From Thermoanaerobaculia bacterium (lineage in GTDB: Bacteria > Acidobacteriota > Thermoanaerobaculia > Gp7-AA8): a DNA stretch of 64,000 bases. Each line of letters opens with the position of its first letter. Within the stretch, counting starts at the first letter, position 1. The stretch spans positions 40,099 to 104,098 of the forward strand of contig JBBRTB010000001.1 in NCBI GenBank assembly GCA_038244815.1, in the 5' to 3' direction. The translations under genes and the position numbers were made by a program. Below are positions 1 through 14,973 of the stretch, piece by piece. Below the pieces are notes generated by a model, which was given only the letters and a program-made list of their open reading frames with translations, did no database searches and had not been told where the DNA came from.

Positions 1-298
1 CAACTACTTTCTATCGACGTTCGTCGGAGTACAGCCTCCCGCGGATATGCCCAAAGACATCGAGCGCATCACCGACAAACAGGCCGTCCTCGCGGAGCTG
101 AAGCGGTCGTTCGAGGACCTGCGCCATGTGATCGCCAATGAGCCCGACGCCGATCTCGACAAGAGCGTGAACATGTTCGGGAAACCGGCCACACACCGCT
201 ACGTCTTCACCACCATCCTCAACCACCTCCACGAACACCTCGGCCAGTCCATCGCTTACGCGCGGATGAACGGGGTCGTGCCGCCCTGGAGCCGGTAA
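1..298 (+). CDS. DinB/YfiT-like (DinB_2) family protein, 5' end outside window
   Basis: ORF in frame from window edge; C-terminal helix with LNHLHEHLGQ metal-binding-like motif typical of DinB_2 four-helix bundle proteins. Confidence 0.45.
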   Translation, partial: NYFLSTFVGVQPPADMPKDIERITDKQAVLAELKRSFEDLRHVIANEPDADLDKSVNMFGKPATHRYVFTTILNHLHEHLGQSIAYARMNGVVPPWSR

Positions 299-301
299 GC
301 G

Positions 302-952
302 CTACGGTCTGCGGTACGTGCGGACGTACGAGGGCACTTCGACGCCGGGCGCCAGACGCTCGTCCGCAACGGGCGGCTGCGGCGTGAGTCGCAGCGGCAG
401 CACGCCCGCCCAGACCGGTAGCGCGTAGTCCTCTTCGTCGTCGACCGGCGGTCCGGTACGAATCTTCGCCGAGGCTTCGGCAATGGGCAGCGCCAGGACG
501 AGCGTCTTCCGCAGCTCGGTCTCGTTCGGCTTGCGCGCGTCGGCGGAGCGGCCGCGGGCGACGTGCTCCACGAGCGCATCGAGCACCCGGACCTTCTCAT
601 CGCGGTCGAGGACCTCGCGGGCCGTCCCGAAGACGACCGCCGAGCGGTAGTTCATGGAGTGATGAAACGCGGATCGCGCCAGGACCAGACCGTCGAGCAG
701 CGTGACGCAGACGCACGCTTCCACCCCTCCACGGAGCGAGCGCAGCATGCGGCTGGCCTGGGAGCCGTGGAAGTAGAGCGTCTCGCCGACACGGGTGTGA
801 ATGGTGGGGATGACCACCGGCTTCCCCTCCACGGTGAAGGCCACATGGCAGATCAGGGCCTCGTCGAGGATGGCGTGAACCGTGGCCGGGTCGTAGTTGC
901 CGCGCTCGGCCAGACGTCTGACGGTCGTTCGTTCTGTTTGCAGTTCGCTCAT
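302..952 (-). CDS. pyridoxamine 5'-phosphate oxidase-like FMN-binding (PNPOx-like split-barrel) protein
   Basis: 216-aa ORF; split-barrel FMN-binding fold signature (HVAFTVEGKPVVIPT...LYFHGS); divergent from MocR regulator. Confidence 0.75.
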   Translation of the reverse strand: MSELQTERTTVRRLAERGNYDPATVHAILDEALICHVAFTVEGKPVVIPTIHTRVGETLYFHGSQASRMLRSLRGGVEACVCVTLLDGLVLARSAFHHSMNYRSAVVFGTAREVLDRDEKVRVLDALVEHVARGRSADARKPNETELRKTLVLALPIAEASAKIRTGPPVDDEEDYALPVWAGVLPLRLTPQPPVADERLAPGVEVPSYVRTYRRP

Positions 953-976
953 ATGTGCTAGTACAATCCTTAGTAC

Positions 977-2272
977 GTGCTAGCACAACGTTACATCTCC
1001 GGGGACAGCAGCGTCAAGATCGCCGCATCTGTGGAGCAAGCTGTGGCCGCCGGAAGGGCTGCTCCGGGCGCGCTGCTTCCCTCCGTTCGCTCCGTGGCGG
1101 CCAGGCTGCGCGTCAGCCCTTCGACCGTCGCCGCCGCGTACAGGATGTTGCGCGACCGCGGCGTGGTCATCGCCGACGGCCGCCGCGGGACGCGCATTCG
1201 CGAGGCCGGACCGATCCTGGCCGCCTCCGCGCCGGTGCCCCCGGGCGTCCGCGATCTGGCCACGGGCAATCCCGACCCTCGCCTGATGCCGCCCCTGGGA
1301 TCGGTGCGGCCGAAGCAGCTTCTCTACGGTGGTCCGCTCAACGATCCCGATCTCCTCGACGCCGCGCGCGGGCAGTTTCACGATGACGGCGTTCCGGCGG
1401 ATCACATCGCCGTCATGAGCGGCGCGCTCGACGGCATCGAGCGTGTGCTGCGCGAGCATGTGCGCCCCGGCGATCGCGTCGTCGTCGAAGATCCCTGCTT
1501 CACCGGCGTGGCCGATCTGCTGGCGTCGCTGGCGCTGACGCCGGTGCCGGTCGCCGTCGACGACGAAGGCTTCCAATTCGACGATCTCCGGCGCGCGCTC
1601 TCCCGCCCCGCCGCCGCGCTCGTGGCCACGCCGCGCGCGCAGAATCCTACCGGCGCGGCGTTCTCCGAAAAACGCGCGCGGCAGATCCGGACGCTGCTGC
1701 ACGGGCATCCCGATCTGCTGCTGATCGAAGACGATCATGCCGGCGTCGTGGCCGGCGTTCCCTACAGGACGCTGGTCAGCCGCACTCACCACCGGTGGGC
1801 GGTGGTGCGGTCGGTCTCCAAATCGCTCGGACCCGACCTTCGCGTGGCCCTCGTGGCCTGTGATCCGGTGACGCTCGCCCGCATCGAAGGGCGGCAGACC
1901 CTGGGTATCCGCTGGGTCAGTCACGTCCTGCAGCGGACGGTGGCATCCCTCCTCTCCAATCGCAATGTGACCCGCCTGCTCGAGCGCGCTGCTGCGACGT
2001 ATACGGAGCGCAGAAATGCACTCCTCGGCGCATTGCGCGCGCACGGGATCGAGGCTCACGGCGCCTCCGGACTCAACGTCTGGATCGCCGTTCCCGACGA
2101 GTCTTCCGTCGTGCGGGGTCTCCTCGACCGGGGGTGGGCGGTCAACGCCGGCCAGCGCTATCGGATCAACACGCCGCCGGCGATTCGGGTCACCATCGCC
2201 GCCCTCGCGCCGCACGAGGCGCATCGGTTCGCGAACGACCTGCAGGGAGTGCTGACCGCGCGCGGACGAACC

Positions 2273-2284
<12 letters not shown>
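977..2284 (+). CDS. MocR/GntR-family transcriptional regulator with PLP-dependent aminotransferase domain
   Basis: N-terminal GntR wHTH (LPSVRSVAARLRVSPSTVAAAYRML) fused to class-I aminotransferase-like domain; GTG start. Confidence 0.85.
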
Positions 2285-4282
<1,998 letters not shown>

Positions 4283-4354
4283 CGCCAGCAGTATATGCAA
4301 CGCGCAAACCGCGACCGTTCATCCATCCGCAGCCGGCGGGAGAGCCGCTCCACG

Positions 4355-4843
4355 TCAGTGCAGACGCGCGGCCCGCGTGCCTTCGTACGGCACGCTCACG
4401 ACCTGCCCGTCGCCCGGCAGGACCATCGTCACCGCCGCCGGAGTGACCACGATGATGGGGATGCCCAGGCGGTGCGCTTCGAGGATGTCGGCCGCGGATG
4501 GGTTGGGCAGCGTTCGCGGGTGGGAGTGGATGACCGCCGCCGTGCCGTACGGAATCGGTCCCGCCCATTTCGCCGTGTGGAACTGGAGCTTCGACGGCCA
4601 GACGTCGCAGGTGAACCCGCCGTCATCCGCGATCACCAGAAACGCCGCGCGCTCCCACTCCACGCGGCCGTACCAGCCGAGATCGAGGACACGATCGGCG
4701 CAGGCGGCCACGTCCTCGCGCTGGAGCACGGTGCGGCTGAACGGATACGCGACCGTGGGCCACGTCACCTGCGACGGCGGGACGGCCATCGAGCCACAGC
4801 CAACCACACAAAACCAGAGCAGCGCGATCGATGGCCGGACCAT
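4355..4843 (-). CDS. JAB/MPN (JAMM) metalloprotease-domain lipoprotein
   Basis: Signal peptide with lipobox-like VVGC; exact JAMM motif E...HSHPRTLPNPSAAD (HxHx7Sx2D). Confidence 0.55.
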   Translation of the reverse strand: MVRPSIALLWFCVVGCGSMAVPPSQVTWPTVAYPFSRTVLQREDVAACADRVLDLGWYGRVEWERAAFLVIADDGGFTCDVWPSKLQFHTAKWAGPIPYGTAAVIHSHPRTLPNPSAADILEAHRLGIPIIVVTPAAVTMVLPGDGQVVSVPYEGTRAARLH

Positions 4844-4920
4844 GGAGGCACGATCGGCTGCACCGGGGAGTGAAGTCCTTTGAGAATTCTCGGAAAGATC
4901 TCCGAATTACAATCGCAGCG

Positions 4921-5518
4921 ATGCGGGCACGGTTTGGGGACTGCGTGATCGATACGGAAAACCGCGAACTGTCGCGTGCCGGCCGGTCCGTCAGTCTCAC
5001 ACCGAAAGCGTTTGCCCTGCTGGAGGCGCTGGTTCGGGCTTCCCCCCGCGCGATGTCGAAGGCCGACCTGTACGACCGGTTGTGGCAGGGCGTGTTCGTG
5101 GAGAGCGGCAACCTGCACACGCTCGTCGCGGAGATCCGCGCTGCCGTCGGTGATGAAGGGCACGAGATCATTCGCACCGTTCATCGCTTCGGTTATGCAC
5201 TGGCCGCCGAGCTGTTCTCCGAGGAGCTGGCCGGGGCGGTCCTGATCGTGGGATCGCGAGAGCTGCCGTTGCGCGAGGGGGAGAACATCATCGGCCGCGA
5301 GGTCATCAACACTCCCGACGTCTCGCGCCGTCACGCCCGCATCGACGTTCGTGGCAGCGAGATCACCATCGAGGACCTGCACAGCAAGAACGGCACATGC
5401 GTGGGCGGCCGGCGGATCAAATCGGCCTCGCTGAAAGATGGCGACGAGATCATCTTCGGCCTGACGCACGCCTTCATCCGCCTGGTGCGCAGCGATGTCA
5501 CGATGACCGCGCCCCCGC

Positions 5519-5535
<17 letters not shown>
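4921..5535 (+). CDS. winged-helix (OmpR/CadC-type trans_reg_C) DNA-binding domain fused to FHA domain; EmbR-like regulator
   Basis: N-terminal trans_reg_C-like region (LTPKAFALLEALV...LYDRLWQG...LHTLVAEIR) plus FHA (IIGREV...RRHARIDVRG...DLHSKNGTCVGG...DGDEIIFG); ATG 4921 chosen because 4831 start would overlap JAB gene. Confidence 0.65.
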
Positions 5536-8128
<2,593 letters not shown>

Positions 8129-8160
8129 GTCACTGGATGATACGCACGGGCCCGCTGATG

Positions 8161-8390
8161 GTTCGCAACGAGGCTGACACAACTCGCGGCTATCGCTTCA
8201 TGCCCTTGCGCGCGCGGATGGAAATGGATGGGACAGCCGACGAGGCCGAGAGCGTCGCGAAACTGATTCTCGAGATAGCGGCGATAAGAGAAGTGAATGG
8301 GCTCGTCGACGTTGGAGAACATGGCGATGGTGGTGGGCTGCGTCTTCAACTGCGTCGCGTAATAGAAACGGCGCGGCCTGCCCTTGACGC
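8161..8390. repeat. diverged copy (~95% identity) of the der 3' end plus 30 bp of its downstream flank
   Basis: 8161-8390 aligns base-for-base with 12253-12486 (authentic der C-terminus ...KTQPTTIAMFSNVDEPIHFSYRRYLENQFRDALGLVGCPIHF); no intact ORF. Confidence 0.7.
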
Positions 8391-8455
8391 TAGAGGGTGG
8401 CCAAAGGCCGGGGGAGGAGAGAGCGGCCCTTTGACGCCGCAGTGGAGAAAAACAA

Positions 8456-8893
8456 TCAGTTCCGGCGCCGGGCCCGTTGCGCTTTCAGCATTGCGAGATT
8501 CGCTTTCCATTGCTCGTACTGGGCGTCCGGCATGGGCGTGGGAATGATCTCGATCGTTTTTCGCCGCCGCGCATGCACGATCGTCAGTGAATTCGGCTTG
8601 CCGACCTTCAGCTCCGCGAGCCCGAGGACAAGATCGAGACCATCGCGAAACTGCAACGGTTTTCCGCTGATCCCTACGATGAGGTCGCCGGCTCGCAACC
8701 CCGCCTTCGCCGCAGGGCTGCCGGGATCGACGTCACGAACGTTCAGCCACGATGTTCGGTCGGCGGCGACTCTGTGAATCGTGAATCCGAATCCGAGATA
8801 CCCCGGTCGAACGGGGGCGGCGTCGTCACCACTCAGCGGGAACACCGCCGCGATCAGCGTGATTGCTCCTATCACTCTCAGAGATCTACTCAT
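8456..8893 (-). CDS. secreted PDZ-domain protein
   Basis: Signal peptide; PDZ core (GYLGFGFT...VDPGSPAAKAGLRAGDLIVGISGKPL). Confidence 0.6.
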   Translation of the reverse strand: MSRSLRVIGAITLIAAVFPLSGDDAAPVRPGYLGFGFTIHRVAADRTSWLNVRDVDPGSPAAKAGLRAGDLIVGISGKPLQFRDGLDLVLGLAELKVGKPNSLTIVHARRRKTIEIIPTPMPDAQYEQWKANLAMLKAQRARRRN

Positions 8894-10811
8894 GTCTTCC
8901 CTCGCGCAATTCAGCCCCCCAGACGATCGTCGCTTCCCCTCCGGCCGGCACCAACTTTGTCACGCAACTGTCTGAAATGCGCGGTTCGGCGCACAACCAG
9001 TACAAACCAGGTTCGATGTCAAACATGAATCCGTCCTCCGCCCGCTCGGCTGGAGGCCCTCCAGACCGTGGAAGAAACAGATCGGGCAATCGAAAGAACG
9101 CCGTGCCGTCACGAGTCATGAAAGGCCACGGTGGCGCGCCCGATGGCATCCTCACGTGCAGTCGTGCGGCCTTCGGAATCAATGTGATCCGCAGACTCTG
9201 CTCCGCCTCGTCGGATGCCGGAACATAGTTGAGCAGCTTTCTTGGCAATCCGGGCGCGATCACCGCGATGGCGACGGGCGACGCCGCCGGAACGGAAATC
9301 AGGAAGTCACCAGTCAGTCCGGTCGCAGTCCGCTGCGCCATTGAAGCCGGCGTGAGATAACGAATCATTGCCCCGGGCACGGCGTTGCCCGCGGCGTCGA
9401 GCAACGTCCCTCGAATGGTAACGGTCGACCGAACCAGCAGGGTGAGGTGTTGTTCCTCATCGTTCGAGACCGACGCACGCACCATGCCGCTGGTTGCAGA
9501 CTTCGCCGTCGCGTTTACTTGTCGGTCGCCCGCAGCGAGGCCCTCGAATCGGAATTCGCCCCTCTCGTTTGTCTGGCCTGATGCCTCCAGCGCCGTGTCG
9601 CGGAAAAGAAGGACTGCCGCGCGAACCGCATGACCTTGTTCATCGACGACGCTTCCGCTCACCGCGCCGCCGGGAAGCTCGATGCGCACCTTGGCACTCT
9701 CTTCATCCGGCCGCCGTTTCACGCTCACGGAAGGAACGTGAAGTTCGACGGGTGGCGCTCCGAATCGCACGACCGCGCGCCAGGTTCCCTCATGCGGCAG
9801 GATTCCGGCGAACTCCCCGTCGCTGTTTGTGCGGAAGGTCAGCCGCGAGCCGTCCTCCCAGATGAGCGCCACACCTCCGGAAATCGCGCGACCACCGACT
9901 GTGGCGCTTCCCTGAAAAGGAATGCTATCGATGCGGATGTTGAACAGGGTGTCCTGCAGCAGATCGACTTCGCTGGAGGTCACACGCGCGCCTTGGGATG
10001 TCAGAACGTCGAGTCTGTACAACCCCACGTTGAGCAGAGTCGTCGTCCACTCGCCGGCCTCCGTTGCCGTGCCGGATCGTACGAGCTCTTGATACGCCGA
10101 CTGTGGCACTGCGCGATTCAACCGCACTCGCCAGGGTTTGCCCCAGTAATCGACTGGCGGACTGATGAAGGCCTGCAATCTGATCAGCGATTTCAGAAAG
10201 ATTGCCTCGATATCAACTTCACGCGGCGCTTCGACGCGGATGCTCGCTTTTGAAACCGAAGAGAAGCCTTCTTTCTGCGCCACGATCGAGTACGTACCGC
10301 TCTCGACGTCGGCGAAGTCATACATCCCTTTGCGGTCGGTCACCGTCTGTCGCGTACGCAGTCGATTACGACGAGCATCCTCTTGTGAGAGTTCAGACGC
10401 GGGAACGAGCTCGACTTGAACGCCTTTCAGGCCGAAACTGTGATCCGAAACCTTGCCCACAACTGACGATCCGCGTGTGAGACGAAGAGTTCCGGCATCG
10501 ACGGTGCCTTGCGGCTGCAGGACGACGTTCCACCGATAAACAGGCGCGTAGCCTGACGCGTACAACTCTGCGTCGAACGTGCCGTCAGGAACACGACAAA
10601 TCCAGGCGCGATGCGCGACCTCGCAATCGCCACTGAACTCTCCGCCGTTATCGCCGCGAGACTGAAGGCGCAGACGCAGCGATTTCGGCGCGGATGTACC
10701 GCGCCCTTCCATCTCGAGTTGGCCGGTCAGGATCGCCGTGTTTTCGGCGGCGGCACCAGCAGCCGTAATCACGCACAACGCGGCGTAGCAACCGACGATG
10801 GATAAACGCAT
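8886..10811 (-). CDS. secreted multi-repeat carboxypeptidase-regulatory-like (CarbopepD_reg) domain protein
   Basis: Signal peptide MRLSIVGCYAALCV; several ~80-aa repeats with G.V.D..G.PV.GA.V......T...G.F.F..L..G pattern. Confidence 0.55.
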   Translation of the reverse strand: MRLSIVGCYAALCVITAAGAAAENTAILTGQLEMEGRGTSAPKSLRLRLQSRGDNGGEFSGDCEVAHRAWICRVPDGTFDAELYASGYAPVYRWNVVLQPQGTVDAGTLRLTRGSSVVGKVSDHSFGLKGVQVELVPASELSQEDARRNRLRTRQTVTDRKGMYDFADVESGTYSIVAQKEGFSSVSKASIRVEAPREVDIEAIFLKSLIRLQAFISPPVDYWGKPWRVRLNRAVPQSAYQELVRSGTATEAGEWTTTLLNVGLYRLDVLTSQGARVTSSEVDLLQDTLFNIRIDSIPFQGSATVGGRAISGGVALIWEDGSRLTFRTNSDGEFAGILPHEGTWRAVVRFGAPPVELHVPSVSVKRRPDEESAKVRIELPGGAVSGSVVDEQGHAVRAAVLLFRDTALEASGQTNERGEFRFEGLAAGDRQVNATAKSATSGMVRASVSNDEEQHLTLLVRSTVTIRGTLLDAAGNAVPGAMIRYLTPASMAQRTATGLTGDFLISVPAASPVAIAVIAPGLPRKLLNYVPASDEAEQSLRITLIPKAARLHVRMPSGAPPWPFMTRDGTAFFRLPDLFLPRSGGPPAERAEDGFMFDIEPGLYWLCAEPRISDSCVTKLVPAGGEATIVWGAELREGRHE

Positions 10812-10828
10812 TGCCCTCGTGGACGAGC

Positions 10829-11059
10829 TCAGGCGTGCAGGCACTGCTCGCCCTGGCAGGTCGGTTCGCAATAGGTTTCGCCGCTGCCGTCACTCCAGCA
10901 CGTGCGGGTGCCGACGCAGTTCGCATATTCGGGATAAGCCAACCCCGATACGCCGGAGAAGCAGTTCGCGTACGGTGCGCTGTCGTCGATGTAGCAATAC
11001 TGACATCCGCCGCCGCCACTACCCCCACCGCTGCCACCTCCGTGATTCCATCCCGCCAT
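10829..11059 (-). CDS. small Cys/Gly-rich peptide (76 aa; 8 Cys, G-S-G linker); possible 5' extension through in-frame TGA to a signal peptide at 11176
   Basis: Protein-like composition in this frame; the overlapping alternative frame is Ala/Arg junk; see finding. Confidence 0.4.
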   Translation of the reverse strand: MAGWNHGGGSGGGSGGGGCQYCYIDDSAPYANCFSGVSGLAYPEYANCVGTRTCWSDGSGETYCEPTCQGEQCLHA

Positions 11060-12049
11060 GCACTGCTCACCTGAAACGGTCGCGTCGCAGAAAACGCCCT
11101 CGTCATCAGACTGGGCGAACAGTCAACCGGGAACCATGAGCAGCACAATAACGAAGAACAATCGCGCAGATTTCATCTTCGCCTCCAACGCCACGACCAA
11201 ATATAGGTTCGAGGTGGAACTCTGTCCAGTAGTGCGAGGCGGAACTCTGTCAAGGAGTTCGAGGATAGGAAAAAGCATTTCGCGTTCGACTCTACGAAGT
11301 GCGAGATTCTGAAGCTTTAGAGTCTTTTCCCATGCGCGCTGACGGTTTTGGATCGATCTTCGCGAGAAGTATCGGTGGTTTCGTCATGGCGGCGGATGGA
11401 GCGAGCCGGGAGAGGTGACGTTCGCGGTGTTTGCGCTCCCGCGTGTGGGTGAGTGAGCAGGCTTCGGCCCGTCTGGTCACCAGCCTGCTGTGCTGGGCGG
11501 CACGCGCTCGCGGTTGACGCGTTGACCAGACGCTTGGAAACAGACACAGGCGGCACGCGCTCGCGGATCTCGATCCCCGTTGCCGACTGCACGATGTCCT
11601 GCACGCCTTCGAGGTGCTGAACGTTGAGCGCCGTCATCACGGACGTGCCGGTGGCGAGAATCTCCTCGACGTCCTGCCTCCGTTTGTCGTTGCGCGAGCC
11701 GGGGCCATTCGTGTGCGGCAGCTCGTCGACGACCACGCGTCGGAATGTCGCGCGAGGATCGCCTCGAGGTCCATTTCTCGATCACGACCTCGCGATAGCT
11801 CACCTCCTGTGCGGAATGACTTCGAGATCGCCGACGCGGGCGAGCGTCTCCGCGCGCCCATGCGACGCAGGCGAATCCGACGACGATATCGACGCCGGCG
11901 CGGCGTGCGCGTCGTCGACGCCATGCGCGCGGTTTTGCCGACGCCCGCGGCCATGCCGGCTGCGCCAGTTCCTCGGCTGTCGGCATGGTGGCGGTGCTGG
12001 ACAACGACCAACACGAAGGACGCCCCGGGGTACGTTCTGCTCGACGCCG

Positions 12050-12249
12050 AATCAGATCCGCACGTGCGAACGGCGAGCGGCCCGTGAGCACCTCGAACAG
12101 AGCGGCGCCGAATGCGAAGATGTCGGCGCGGTGGTCGACAGCTACCCCTCCACCTGCTCCGGCGACATGTACGCGCCCGTTCCCATGGCCTGGGAGGGAG
12201 CGGTGTCCGAACGGTCCGCGCCCTCTCTCGCCTCCACGAGCTTGGCGAT
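12050..12249 (-). pseudogene. Ser/Thr kinase remnant (internal ~200-bp fragment, frameshifted) fused to der 3' flank
   Basis: 12107-12249 about 94% identical to kinase 7497-7640 (encodes VAVDHRADIFAFGA..LTGRSPFAR); C8 homopolymer difference causes frameshift; no ORF. Confidence 0.6.
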
Positions 12250-12282
12250 CACGTTCGCAACGAGGCTGACACAACTCGGTTG

Positions 12283-13635
12283 CTATCGCTTCATGCCCTT
12301 GCGCGCGCGGATCACGAAATGGATGGGACAGCCGACGAGGCCCAGGGCGTCGCGAAATTGATTCTCGAGATAGCGGCGATAGGAGAAGTGAATGGGCTCG
12401 TCGACGTTCGAGAACATGGCGATGGTGGTGGGCTGCGTCTTCAGCTGCGTCGCGTAATAGAAGCGGCGCGGCCTGCCCTTGACGCTGGGCGGCTGATGCG
12501 CGCGCAGGGCGCCCTCCAGGATCTCGTTGAGCTCGGAGGTGCGGAACCGCTTTCGGTAACCGGCCACGATCTCGTCGATGCGCGGAAAGATCTTCTCGAC
12601 GCGACGCCCTGTCTTCGCGGAGATGAACTCGACCGGAGCGTACGGAATGAACTTCAGCATGAAGCGGATCTGGTCCTCGAATCTCTTGGCGTCGTCCTGC
12701 GAGTGCTCGCCGGCATCCCACTTGTTCACCAGCAGCATGGCCGCCCTCCCCTCCTCCTCGGCATATCCGGCCACGGTGGCGTCCTGGGCGGTCACGCCGT
12801 CCACGGCGTCGATCATCACGAGCGCGATCTCGCAACGCTCGATGGCCTTGCGCGCCGAGATGACGGAGAGCTTCTCCGCCTCGCCGGTCGTTTTTCCCTT
12901 ACGACGAATGCCCGCCGTGTCGATGAGGAGGTAGCGCCTGCCGCCGCGCTGGATCTCCGAGTCGATGGCATCGCGCGTGGTGCCGGAGATCGGCGAGACC
13001 ACCGAGCGCTCCTCGTCGGTCAGCCGATTGAGCAGCGACGACTTGCCGACGTTGGGCCGGCCGATGATGGCCACGCGGATCGGCGCGTCCTCCCCCTCGT
13101 CTTCCCCGGCAGCCGAGTCCGCGGGGACGATGTCCGCGATCAGGTCGGTGAGATCGTCGGTGCCCGCGCCATGCTCCGCCGAGATCGGCTGCAGACGTTC
13201 CAGGCCCAGCTCGTAGAACTCGTTGACGGCCGCTTGGGCGTCCTTACGGTCGATCTTGTTGACCACCAGAATGGTCTTCGCGGCATCGCGGCGGAGCTGG
13301 TTGGCGATGTCGCGGTCCTCCGGCAACACACCCGCGGCACCGTCGACGACGAAGAGGATGAGATCGGCATCGCCAAGCGCTCGTGTGGCCTGGGCCTTGA
13401 TCTCGCCGGCGTACGCGGACATCGGCGTGTCGCCGTACTCGAGCCCTCCCGTATCGGTCAGCTCGTAGCGGCGGCCGTCGTCGAGCGACACGACGCCGGT
13501 CAAGCGGTCGCGCGTCATTCCCGGCAGGTCGTGCGTGAGCGCCCGGCGCTGACCGGCCAGACGGTTGAACAACGTCGACTTGCCGACGTTCGGCCTTCCG
13601 ATGATGACGACGCGCTTCAGATTGTGATCGGCCAT
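12283..13635 (-). CDS. der: ribosome-associated GTPase Der (EngA), two GTPase domains plus KH-like domain
   Basis: Tandem G domains (GRPNVGKS twice, DTAG/DTGG, NKxD) and conserved C-terminal KH-like domain. Confidence 0.95.
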   Translation of the reverse strand: MADHNLKRVVIIGRPNVGKSTLFNRLAGQRRALTHDLPGMTRDRLTGVVSLDDGRRYELTDTGGLEYGDTPMSAYAGEIKAQATRALGDADLILFVVDGAAGVLPEDRDIANQLRRDAAKTILVVNKIDRKDAQAAVNEFYELGLERLQPISAEHGAGTDDLTDLIADIVPADSAAGEDEGEDAPIRVAIIGRPNVGKSSLLNRLTDEERSVVSPISGTTRDAIDSEIQRGGRRYLLIDTAGIRRKGKTTGEAEKLSVISARKAIERCEIALVMIDAVDGVTAQDATVAGYAEEEGRAAMLLVNKWDAGEHSQDDAKRFEDQIRFMLKFIPYAPVEFISAKTGRRVEKIFPRIDEIVAGYRKRFRTSELNEILEGALRAHQPPSVKGRPRRFYYATQLKTQPTTIAMFSNVDEPIHFSYRRYLENQFRDALGLVGCPIHFVIRARKGMKR

Positions 13636-14948
13636 ATGAGAAGAAACAGCAGCGCACCGATGGCGGTGTTGAAGAAATTGAGAACGCCGTTCGCCACCGG
13701 CGATCCCGCTTTACGGTTCCAGCTTCCGGCGATGCTTTCCAGGTATGAGCCGAGAAACGCGCAGACCGTCACGGCGATCATCACGCGCGTCCGGTATGCC
13801 ACCGGGAAGACCAGTTGCGCGGCGGTAGTCCCGGCCATGGCCACGACTCCGGCGGCGAGGATGCCGGCGACCGTCCCCTCAATCGAGACCGCTCCTTCAG
13901 TCCCCGGCTCGGCTCGGCGCATGGTGATTGGAAGAAACGCTCGCCGTCCCACGAGCTGTCCGATTTCTGACGCCGTCGTATCCGCCGCGGCCGTGGCCAG
14001 GGAAGCGATGCCCATGAACAGCGGGATCACGCCATACGGGATCTCCGCACGTGTAGCGCGCGACACTGCGATCGCGCAGATCGCCGCGACACCGGCGTTC
14101 GAGAATGCGTGACTGAAGTCGCGGCGCCCCTCTCGCTCCTGCGCCAGCCCGCGACGGCGCTTCGACGCGTAGCCGATCTTCGTCACCAGTGTTCCCACGA
14201 CGAAGAACGCCAGCAGCGCGATGTACAGCGGCCAGCCGGCACCGAGAAGAATGATCGCTCCGAGGATCCAGCCACCGATGAGGCCGGAGAGATCGACCGT
14301 GCGCAGGAGCCATCCCGCCAGCGCCAGGCCGGTGTGAATGGCCATCCAGATGAGCGCGCGTGGCGGCAGCCTGTAACCACGCATCGGCTCGATGGCCAGA
14401 ACCGCAAGCGTGACCGCCGCAGCGAACGGGACGGTGATGTTGTCGTCGATTCCGAGCGCGAGGCTTTCCACGATGGCCCCGGCAAAGACCGCCCCGATCA
14501 CAAAATGCATCGGCGGCCCGCCGAGCCACGCCGATACGGCCAGACCCGCGGCGCACCCGGCCACGATGAAGGCAAGGAGCCCTCCCCAGCTCTTGGCGCG
14601 ATTCCACCGCAGCGGGGTCCCGCCCCATCGCTGGCCGACGACCGTGGCGAAGCCGTCGCCGAACGCCAGCGTCGTCCAGGCCACCGCGGCGACCGGCAGG
14701 TTGTTCCGGAAGACGACGATCAGAACCAGAACCGCCAGCGGATAGAGCAGGATGCCCGCGTCCCAGCCCCGCTCGTGCCGCGCCACGCGAGTGCCTACGA
14801 TCCTGTGCAACACGAGCCAGTTGCTCAGAAGCGCGGCCAGAGCTGCGATCGCGGCCTGCCACCACGGGAGCCAGGCGAGCGTGAAAGCGAACAGTCCGAA
14901 GGCGATATGCAGCGATTTTCGGAGGTTTTCGCTCGGTTCGTGTGACAT
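13617..14948 (-). CDS. integral membrane protein: CTP-transferase-like (CdsA/polyprenol-kinase-like) N-terminal half fused to DUF92/TMEM19-like half
   Basis: Approx. 12 TM helices; GDGFATVVGQRWGG...NRAKSWGG resembles the CdsA/dolichol kinase signature; C-terminal half resembles DUF92 (KIGYASKRRRG...SHAFSNAG). Confidence 0.6.
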   Translation of the reverse strand: MSHEPSENLRKSLHIAFGLFAFTLAWLPWWQAAIAALAALLSNWLVLHRIVGTRVARHERGWDAGILLYPLAVLVLIVVFRNNLPVAAVAWTTLAFGDGFATVVGQRWGGTPLRWNRAKSWGGLLAFIVAGCAAGLAVSAWLGGPPMHFVIGAVFAGAIVESLALGIDDNITVPFAAAVTLAVLAIEPMRGYRLPPRALIWMAIHTGLALAGWLLRTVDLSGLIGGWILGAIILLGAGWPLYIALLAFFVVGTLVTKIGYASKRRRGLAQEREGRRDFSHAFSNAGVAAICAIAVSRATRAEIPYGVIPLFMGIASLATAAADTTASEIGQLVGRRAFLPITMRRAEPGTEGAVSIEGTVAGILAAGVVAMAGTTAAQLVFPVAYRTRVMIAVTVCAFLGSYLESIAGSWNRKAGSPVANGVLNFFNTAIGALLFLLIWPITI

Positions 14949-14973
14949 CGGCTGCTTACAATACTTGGCACTG

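Noticed and set aside
11495-11565. Direct repeat GGCGGCACGCGCTCGCGG x2 with GTTGACGCGTTGAC between
   Set aside because: It lies within the kinase-remnant debris. It is most simply residual duplicated sequence rather than a regulatory site.
12112-14112. 666-aa ORF on + strand
   Set aside because: It is antisense to der and the membrane-protein gene. Low-complexity Arg/Ala-rich content with no motifs.
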